Under the pieces are notes generated by a model that saw only the letters and a list, made by a program, of their open reading frames with translations, was not told the origin of the DNA and made no database searches. A program made the translations under genes and the position numbers. Positions 1-4,550 of a stretch of 5,077 nucleotides of DNA are shown here, one piece after another (within the stretch, counting starts at the first letter, position 1; each line of letters opens with the position of its first letter). Source of the stretch: a virus; IMG/VR virus record IMGVR_UViG_3300029843_000124, positions 1 through 5,077 of that record; one strand, given 5' to 3'.

Positions 1-99
1 TAAGCTCGATTCTCAGCAGGATTTACAAGAAGGTTCTTCTCCTGAAGGTCTTTTTTCTGTTGAACCTGCACAAAACATTTCTGAAAGTCCCGACCTTCG
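1..99. repeat. Terminal direct repeat, copy 1 (identical to 4979..5077); assembly overlap of a circular molecule
   Basis: Base-by-base comparison shows taagctcgattctcagcagg...gaaagtcccgaccttcg at both window ends, offset exactly 4978 nt. Confidence 0.95.
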
Positions 100-475
100 C
101 GAAGACTATGTTCCGCAGGAAGATGATTTGCCGTTTGAAGGGAGTTTAACTTCTTATGATGACCGCGCCGCAGATACTCCGGCTTTGTATGCTAATCTCC
201 CTAATGTCTCTAATAGTTTCACTTCTATTATGGATTGGTTTGGTGATACGTTTTTCATCGAACGCTCTGAGACGGTGCACAAGTCCGGCTATACGTCTGA
301 AAGGTACTCCTATAATAGTTCGACTCAACTTATTCAGCTTCCTTATGAGGAGGATTCCACTACTACAACTCAGGTTCTCAACCCGCAAGCTTGCGTTTCT
401 GCTTTGCTTGTTGTCCTTGTCTTCGTTACTACTGTTACTTGGATTAAAAACGCGATTTGGGGGCGCATGAGTTAA
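2..475 (+). CDS. 3' part of the same junction-spanning 204-aa ORF; C-terminal TM helix (ACVSALLVVLVFVTTVTWI) followed by KNAIWGRMS
   Basis: This is the same frame as track ORF 128..475, whose TTG start is an artefact of the linear window. Codons 2..127 are open (KLDSQQDLQEGSSPEGLFSVEPAQNISESPDLREDYVPQEDD). Stop TAA is at 473..475. Confidence 0.75.
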   Translation, partial: KLDSQQDLQEGSSPEGLFSVEPAQNISESPDLREDYVPQEDDLPFEGSLTSYDDRAADTPALYANLPNVSNSFTSIMDWFGDTFFIERSETVHKSGYTSERYSYNSSTQLIQLPYEEDSTTTTQVLNPQACVSALLVVLVFVTTVTWIKNAIWGRMS

Positions 476-588
476 TGGAAATTCTTCCTCTTCAGTATTG
501 TTTCGGAATCTTCTCTGTTCCCGAAGTTGGTTATTTCATTATTTTCGCTGCTGTTTTTTCTATGTTGGTTCTCCTGTTTCGTTCGTGA
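475..588 (+). CDS. 37-aa hydrophobic protein, pVII/pIX-like minor virion or assembly protein candidate
   Basis: ATG at 475 overlaps the preceding TAA (TAATG). Hand translation gives MEILPLQYCFGIFSVPEVGYFIIFAAVFSMLVLLFRS, with stop TGA at 586..588. It has one TM-length hydrophobic segment. It is below the ORF-track size cutoff. The SD is weak (GGGGG at 459..463). Confidence 0.5.
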   Translation: MEILPLQYCFGIFSVPEVGYFIIFAAVFSMLVLLFRS

Positions 589-686
589 CAGGTGCCATAA
601 ATATTTTTTTGAAAGGGTGATGACTTCAGGCCGCTACGTCTATTCTCGCTACGCTGCTTTCCTTGGTCGGTGAGTTCTTTACATCG

Positions 687-815
687 ATGGTTACGTGGAT
701 GGGTCAGCTCATTGATTTTTATGAGTCCCAGCCTATTCTTCTCGTCTTTGTTATTCTCACTATCGCGGGTATCGTTCTCCGGATTCTTCGTCGCTGGATT
801 CCCGGTCGTAGTTAA
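687..815 (+). CDS. 42-aa protein with major-coat-protein (pVIII/Pf3-coat-like) architecture
   Basis: Hand translation gives MVTWMGQLIDFYESQPILLVFVILTIAGIVLRILRRWIPGRS. It has an acidic N-terminal part (D10, E13), a hydrophobic core and four Arg in the C-terminal tail, which is the classic inovirus coat layout without a signal peptide (as in Pf3). A strong terminator follows immediately, as after Ff gene VIII. GGTGAG at 669..674 is a possible SD 12 nt upstream. The start is uncertain: the frame is open back to 624, with alternatives TTG 663 and ATG 699. Confidence 0.55.
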   Translation: MVTWMGQLIDFYESQPILLVFVILTIAGIVLRILRRWIPGRS

Positions 816-824
816 ACGTTGAGA

Positions 825-866
825 GAAAACGCCGCCGACCATTTTAATGGTCGGCGACGTTTTCGC
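825..866 (+). terminator. Rho-independent terminator (A-tract / long GC hairpin / T-tract)
   Basis: gaaaacgccgccgaccat-ttta-atggtcggcgacgttttc. The arms 825..842 and 847..864 pair with a single C:A mismatch (832:857). The upstream AAAA pairs with the downstream TTTT. It sits 10 nt after the stop of the coat-like ORF. Confidence 0.7.
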
Positions 867-887
867 CTTTAGAAAGGATTATTTGTT

Positions 888-1511
888 ATGCTTTATGGTC
901 TTCTTATTTTTTGCATTTGCTGGCTTTTTGTTTATATCGATAACTATTGCAAAAACCCCTACAAACTTGAGGCTGTTGTTGGTTCAAAAGGCTCAGGCAA
1001 ATCTCTGTATATGTCTCGCGTTGCTAATAAGTGGCTTCGTTCTAATAAGGGGCTTATATATAGCAATATGGGTATTGGTTATGAGTTAGAGTCGGAATAT
1101 TGGCAACAGACCTTTCTCCCTGATTCCCTTATTCTTATTGATGAAATAGGCGTTCTTCATTCCAACCGCGACTTCAAAAGTATGCCCCGAGAAGCTGTCG
1201 AGTTTTTCAAGATGCAACGCAAGTATCACTTGACTATTATTGTATCGTCTCAGACCATGGACTTTGACAAAAAGATCCGTGACCTTTGCGACCGCATTTA
1301 CCTTTGCAACCGCATTGGCTGGTTCTGCCGTCTTACTCCTTATCGCTCTTGCATTGCTATGGAGCATCGCCCTGAGGGAGGTCAAGAGCTGGTCAACACG
1401 GTGCGCAAGGCAGGCCGGGCAAGGTGGTATACTATCCCCAAGTCCGTGAAGCAGGTAAGTGCTTTAGAATACGATACAGAGCAGGTTATCAGCAAGACCC
1501 CATCTAAATAA
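888..1511 (+). CDS. Zot / gene I (pI)-family P-loop NTPase, assembly/extrusion ATPase; short form (207 aa) with N-terminal TM helix
   Basis: Walker A GSKGSGKS is at 981..1004 and Walker B LILIDE at 1128..1145. The downstream block QRKYHLTIIVSSQTMDFDKKIRDLCDRIY resembles the Zot-family HRHxGxDIxxxTQ...ID..IR block. SD AAAGGA is at 873..878, 9 nt before the ATG. Residues 1-17 (MLYGLLIFCICWLFVYI) are a hydrophobic helix. Confidence 0.85.
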   Translation: MLYGLLIFCICWLFVYIDNYCKNPYKLEAVVGSKGSGKSLYMSRVANKWLRSNKGLIYSNMGIGYELESEYWQQTFLPDSLILIDEIGVLHSNRDFKSMPREAVEFFKMQRKYHLTIIVSSQTMDFDKKIRDLCDRIYLCNRIGWFCRLTPYRSCIAMEHRPEGGQELVNTVRKAGRARWYTIPKSVKQVSALEYDTEQVISKTPSK

Positions 1512-1518
1512 AAAACTT

Positions 1519-1559
1519 CCCCCCGTGCCCTTTAGGGTCAGGGGGGTTGTTTTTTTTTT
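1519..1559 (+). terminator. Rho-independent terminator
   Basis: The CCCCCC (1519..1524) and GGGGGG (1541..1546) stem has an inner ccct/aggg pairing. It is followed by ttg plus a run of ten T (1550..1559). It begins 8 nt after the Zot-like stop codon. Confidence 0.85.
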
Positions 1560-1613
1560 AGCAGTTGCTACGTTTATTCACGCGATAGCGTCTTCACCGC
1601 GTCCCCCGTCCCC

Positions 1614-1632
1614 GCAAGGGCAAAGCCCTTGC
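1614..1632 (+). promoter_or_regulatory. Perfect 8-bp hairpin in the intergenic region (candidate ssDNA origin/packaging element)
   Basis: GCAAGGGC-aaa-GCCCTTGC. The 3' arm is part of a tandem GCCCTT GCCCTT (1625..1636). Confidence 0.5.
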
Positions 1633-1693
1633 CCTTCCAAAACAGGCTTGCAGGGTCTTCCGATACGTAGTGTCTGTCGTGGCGGCGGGAGGC

Positions 1694-1720
1694 GGTGGGC
1701 GTGCATGTAATACGCCCACC
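1694..1720 (+). promoter_or_regulatory. Perfect 9-bp GC-rich hairpin with 9-nt loop (candidate plus-strand origin / Rep nick-site stem-loop)
   Basis: GGTGGGCGT-gcatgtaat-ACGCCCACC, followed by CTTTTCC. It is immediately preceded by tandem GGCGGCGGGA / GGCGGTGGGC repeats (1681..1700). It lies 17 nt upstream of the promoter -35 element. Confidence 0.5.
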
Positions 1721-1736
1721 CTTTTCCAATTTCCTC

Positions 1737-1765
1737 TTGACAGCTCCTTCATATTGTGGTAACAT
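1737..1765 (+). promoter_or_regulatory. Sigma-70/SigA-type promoter for the rep-ssb operon
   Basis: The -35 is TTGACA (1737..1742, perfect consensus). The spacer is exactly 17 nt and contains a TGTG (TRTG) extended -10 element at 1755..1758. The -10 is TAACAT (1760..1765). It lies about 32 nt upstream of the rep ATG. Confidence 0.7.
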
Positions 1766-1796
1766 TTAGCCATGGTAGTGAAAGGTGGTTTCTTAT

Positions 1797-2930
1797 ATGA
1801 AAACGGTTGTTAAGCTTGATTATGCTACGTTAGCTTTTGAGCAAGGTTCGATTTCTATTTCCATGATTGAAAATGCGCTTGCTCAGTGCGATTTACATTT
1901 TTCGCAGACTTCTAACGCAAGTGAGAATTCCCCATACAATTCCCCTGCTGGCCTTTTCTTTAAGCCGAACAACGGCGCGAAACAGGCTCCGCACTCTTTG
2001 CAAGTGTCTGGGCATGGTTGTGAGCTTTTCCGCTCCACCTTGCCGCGTCTCGCGTCGCTGATGAAAGGACATGATTTCGGCCATTTTTCCCGTCTTGACT
2101 TTTGTTTTGACGTTGTTATGACAAAGCAACGTTGGCGCGAGTTTTATCTGGGTGTCATTTCTGCTTCTGTTGATGAGATGAACAACCCTGAAAAAGCCCG
2201 AAAGGTTCGTAAGATTATGTATCAGGGCTATGGCGATTCTACTACCGTTTATATCGGTCGCAGAACGTCTTCCGCGGTCTTCTGTCGCATTTATAATAAA
2301 TCGCTTCAAGACCCCGAAAAAAAGCTTTGTGTCGCTTCTGGTGAGTTTCTGGACTGCCCTGATGATTCCTATATCATTCGTTATGAGATGGAATTGAAAT
2401 TTACTTCTCGTGTCCGTTCTGGTTCTCGTTCCGTCTATGACCCTTCTCCGCTTTTCTGGTTTTACTATGAAGACCCTGATAAGCTTTTCGCTTATCTTCG
2501 TAAAGTTTGGAATCGTTACGGAAATGAATTTCTTCTTCCCGATGGCTGGGACGATATGGAGTTCGTGACCGATATTGTAGCCCGTGGCATTCATTACACT
2601 GATGATTCTTGTCATCCCCTTAGCGCTGACCTTGCTAAAAAGTTCTTCGTTTCTATCCATACTGAAGAGCAAAAAATGTCCTACGTAGCTAATGTGTTCG
2701 GTCATCGGATTATTGATATTTTGCTTTATCGTCCTGAGCTCCTTTTACTCGCTTGTTTTAAGTGGGAGCAGTTCTATGACGAGCGTCTCCCGTTCTCCCC
2801 TATGGCTTTGATACAGGAAGTTGCGCAATTCTCGGAATCTTCCCGCATTGCCGTTGAGGAATTTGCCGAAGTTGCTGATGACCCCTCTCCCTTTAGTGAA
2901 GTCGGGTTTGATGATATAACTTTATTCTAA
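1797..2930 (+). CDS. Rolling-circle replication initiation protein, Rep_trans (pT181 RepC / CTXphi RstA-like) family
   Basis: Motifs typical of the Rep_trans family as I recall it: N-terminal KLDYATLAF, LQVSGHGCELF, RLDFCFD (2091..2111), TVYIGRRTSSAVFCRIYNK and IIRYEMELK. I prefer ATG 1797 over the track's GTG 1785, because SD AAGGTGG (1782..1788) overlaps the GTG and sits 8 nt before the ATG. That gives 377 aa. Confidence 0.8.
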   Translation: MKTVVKLDYATLAFEQGSISISMIENALAQCDLHFSQTSNASENSPYNSPAGLFFKPNNGAKQAPHSLQVSGHGCELFRSTLPRLASLMKGHDFGHFSRLDFCFDVVMTKQRWREFYLGVISASVDEMNNPEKARKVRKIMYQGYGDSTTVYIGRRTSSAVFCRIYNKSLQDPEKKLCVASGEFLDCPDDSYIIRYEMELKFTSRVRSGSRSVYDPSPLFWFYYEDPDKLFAYLRKVWNRYGNEFLLPDGWDDMEFVTDIVARGIHYTDDSCHPLSADLAKKFFVSIHTEEQKMSYVANVFGHRIIDILLYRPELLLLACFKWEQFYDERLPFSPMALIQEVAQFSESSRIAVEEFAEVADDPSPFSEVGFDDITLF

Positions 2931-2948
2931 TGAAAGGATGGTCGCTCT

Positions 2949-3191
2949 ATGAAAGTTACTGTAGTTGGTAAGTCCCGCCGCGCTGGCACTTCTAAGCAGG
3001 GCAAAGCCTATGATTTTACTACTCTTATGGCCGAATATTCGATGCGTGCAAACGATGACAATGATGGTGTGCAGGTTGATAGAATCAATGTTGACGCTCG
3101 TATGATGCCGTATGCGCTTATTGTTGTCGGCACTACGTATGACCTCGACTTTGACCGTAACGGGTTTCTTCTCGGAATTGAGGAAGTTTAA
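2949..3191 (+). CDS. Gene V-like ssDNA-binding protein (80 aa)
   Basis: Residues 10-23 (RRAGTSKQGKAYDF) match the DNA-binding wing of M13 gVp (TRSGVSRQGKPYSL) and Pf3 SSB (RQGTSAKGNPYTF). Its size and its position directly after rep are canonical. SD GAAAGGA is at 2932..2938. Confidence 0.8.
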   Translation: MKVTVVGKSRRAGTSKQGKAYDFTTLMAEYSMRANDDNDGVQVDRINVDARMMPYALIVVGTTYDLDFDRNGFLLGIEEV

Positions 3192-3197
3192 CTTCCT
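3181..3197 (+). promoter_or_regulatory. Stem-loop spanning the ssb stop codon (possible weak attenuator/terminator)
   Basis: AGGAAGT-tta-ACTTCCT is a perfect 7-bp stem. The TAA stop (3189..3191) lies at the loop/3'-arm boundary. It is followed by TTTGTT. Confidence 0.35.
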
Positions 3198-3226
3198 TTG
3201 TTCAAACTCCATTTCATTACCTATGG

Positions 3227-3246
3227 GAGAGCGCTTCGCCGCTCTC
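3227..3246 (+). promoter_or_regulatory. Hairpin 4 nt upstream of the tRNA 5' end (possible processing/leader structure)
   Basis: GAGAGCG-cttcgc-CGCTCTC is a perfect 7-bp stem. Confidence 0.35.
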
Positions 3247-3250
3247 ACAT

Positions 3251-3324
3251 GGCGGGGTGGTGCAATGGTAGCACGTCACACTCTGAATGTGAAACTTCTG
3301 GTTCGAATCCAGACCCCGCAACCA
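3251..3324 (+). tRNA. tRNA-Gln (anticodon CUG), 74 nt with genomically encoded CCA
   Basis: Cloverleaf folded by hand. Acceptor is GGCGGGG / CCCCGCA (six Watson-Crick pairs, G1:A72 unpaired), then T8. D stem is GTGC/GCAC with loop AATGGTA. Anticodon stem is TCACA/TGTGA with loop C-T-CTG-A-A. Variable loop is AACT. T stem is TCTGG/CCAGA with loop TTCGAAT. Discriminator is A3321 and CCA is at 3322..3324. Confidence 0.85.
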
Positions 3325-3371
3325 TTACGGATTGACCTCCGTTATTCGATGCCGTGAAAGGTGGTGTCTAA

Positions 3372-4550
3372 GTGATGAAAAAGAAGCGGTGCTTATTTAA
3401 GCGCTTCGCCGCCTTTGTCGCGTCTTTGATTCTTGTTTTCTCTCTTTCTGTTCCTGCCTTTGCCGTATCTGATACGGCAGCTGATATGCCCTCTCTTGAT
3501 GATTTTTATCGTCATCATGGTTCTTGGTTTGTTTGGCGTAAATTTAATTATCTTGGTGTAGATTACTTAGAACTTCTTTGCTCTCCTATTGCTGTATCTG
3601 GCTCTTCTTATACATTGCCGTATTCTATTTCTTATTCTACGAATGCGTTTGATGTTAATTATCAAGCTAATAGTTCTGACAAAACTTATGCTTATGCTTG
3701 CGCTTTTCCTTATCCTCTTCGTGGTGCTTCTGGTCTTTGGTCTGAACTTCCCTCTTTCTCTGTTGGTTCTGGCATTTCCGCTGAAACTTCTGTTGTCCGC
3801 GTTTATTCTTCTTCTGGGCAAGCGTCTGGCACTTATTGTTTTTTAACTTCTTCCTTTAGTCTTTCAGACCGTAATCTTTCTTTCGGTAATACTGCCGGTT
3901 CTTCTTCTGGTTCTTCTACCGATACTTTTGATGTTCTTAGTTTATCTTCCCCCTTTTATTCTTATCCTTTTGCATTTCGTCAGATTTCTTCATCTAATGT
4001 AACTGGCTATAGTTTACAGGGTGGTGCCTCTTCTTTTATTGTTCCTCCTGATAATTATTCTGCTGTTCGGTATATCGATCTCAGCTCTAATCGTTATCTT
4101 TTAAAGACTAGTTCTTTTGTTCCTTATCCCTCTGGGTATACTGTCCCTTCTTCTGATATCGGTTTTGTCTTTGTTCGAAAGCCTTCTAATTCTTTTGTTA
4201 CTTCTGCTTCTGACTTTAATACTACGGGTTCTTTCGCTTTTTCTCTCCTTGTTCCTGTTTCTCGTCTTCCTGAAGTTAAGCTTGGAGATTGGCTTTCCGA
4301 TTCCCCCGAGGATTTGCAGGATGCCATTACTAATGAATTTGGCATTGATTCCGGTACTCTAAAAGACTCCAAGGATAACTTGAATTCTTGGAATTCTGCT
4401 TCATCCGTAGATTCAGATATTGCTTCCGGTGCTTCTGGTCTTCTTGGCGGTCTTTTTCAGAATTTAGGCACGTTTCTCTTTTCTGTTTCTCTCCTTTGCT
4501 TTGGTGCTGTTGTTCTCCGAATGTTCATTAGAAAGGCGGTTGACGGATGA
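3372..4550 (+). CDS. pIII-like adsorption / minor coat protein: secreted, Ser-rich, C-terminally membrane-anchored (392 aa)
   Basis: The signal peptide is MMKKKRCLFKRFAAFVASLILVFSLSVPAFA|VSD (basic n-region, long h-region, AFA cleavage motif). There is a Gly/Ser linker (GNTAGSSSGSSTD). The C-terminal anchor plus basic tail (LGTFLFSVSLLCFGAVVLRMFIRKAVDG) has the same layout as Ff pIII. SD GAAAGGTGG is at 3356..3364. The start may be GTG 3372 or ATG 3375. The function call is by architecture only. Confidence 0.65.
   Translation: MMKKKRCLFKRFAAFVASLILVFSLSVPAFAVSDTAADMPSLDDFYRHHGSWFVWRKFNYLGVDYLELLCSPIAVSGSSYTLPYSISYSTNAFDVNYQANSSDKTYAYACAFPYPLRGASGLWSELPSFSVGSGISAETSVVRVYSSSGQASGTYCFLTSSFSLSDRNLSFGNTAGSSSGSSTDTFDVLSLSSPFYSYPFAFRQISSSNVTGYSLQGGASSFIVPPDNYSAVRYIDLSSNRYLLKTSSFVPYPSGYTVPSSDIGFVFVRKPSNSFVTSASDFNTTGSFAFSLLVPVSRLPEVKLGDWLSDSPEDLQDAITNEFGIDSGTLKDSKDNLNSWNSASSVDSDIASGASGLLGGLFQNLGTFLFSVSLLCFGAVVLRMFIRKAVDG

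Noticed and set aside
1-99. Terminal repeats as LTR/ITR of a transposon or integrated-element att sites
   Set aside because: The repeats are direct, perfectly identical and end exactly at the window edges. A coding frame with its own SD passes through the junction in phase. No transposase or integrase is present. This is the signature of a circular contig.
146-388. Other minus-strand track ORFs (146..388, 1086..1385, 1574..1765, 3567..3821, 4124..4372)
   Set aside because: Each is antisense to a supported + strand gene or lies in the structured intergenic region. They are short, basic and low-complexity, and none has support beyond being open.
531-842. 103-aa minus-strand ORF (Arg/Asn/Lys-rich)
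   Set aside because: It is antisense to the 37-aa and 42-aa hydrophobic ORFs. Its start codon sits inside the terminator hairpin, and its composition is an artefact of the A-rich complement strand.
1525-1710. 61-aa + strand ORF in the intergenic region
   Set aside because: It starts within the Zot-gene terminator and runs through the GC-rich hairpins and repeats. The product is Pro/Gly/Arg-rich because of GC composition. It has no RBS.
1700-1715. dif-like XerCD recombination site (as used by CTXphi-type phages), considered in the hairpin loop region gtgcatgtaatac and around 1048..1075
   Set aside because: There is only a loose resemblance to the XerC or XerD arms. I could not align a 28-bp site with an 11-6-11 structure.
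1785-1796. GTG 1785 as the rep start (ORF-track call)
   Set aside because: The GTG lies inside the SD (AAGGTGG at 1782..1788). ATG 1797 has ideal 8-nt spacing, so the gene most likely starts at 1797.
2061-2121. GAAAGGA (2063..2069) plus ATG 2071 inside rep as an internal gene-X-like start
   Set aside because: The ATG is only 1 nt from the SD-like motif and is out of frame, giving a 16-codon ORF. The in-frame ATG 2061 precedes the motif, so this is probably a chance occurrence.
1893-2705. 270-aa minus-strand ORF antisense to rep
   Set aside because: It lies entirely inside the well-supported rep gene. Its product is Arg/Lys/Ile/Phe-rich low-complexity sequence, as expected when reading the complement of a T-rich coding strand. 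I see no SD. Filamentous phages encode all genes on one strand.
2922-3248. 108-aa minus-strand ORF antisense to ssb
   Set aside because: It overlaps the gVp-like gene, which has a recognisable conserved motif. It shows no motif or RBS of its own.
3281-3287. tRNA as a stop-codon suppressor (genetic-code recoding)
   Set aside because: The anticodon reads CTG (Gln, codon CAG), not CTA, TTA or TCA. All ORFs terminate sensibly with TAA, TAG or TGA under the standard code.
3112-3357. 81-aa + strand ORF overlapping the tRNA
   Set aside because: It reads through the ssb 3' end, the hairpins and the whole tRNA cloverleaf. The tRNA explains the sequence far better.
3589-3846. Off-frame + strand hydrophobic ORFs (156..470, 847..1089, 1240..1449, 1867..2061, 3589..3846, 4117..4362)
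   Set aside because: T-rich sequence produces Leu/Phe/Ile-rich open frames in alternative phases. All are nested in better-supported genes and lack SD motifs. ORF 847..1089 starts inside the terminator loop.
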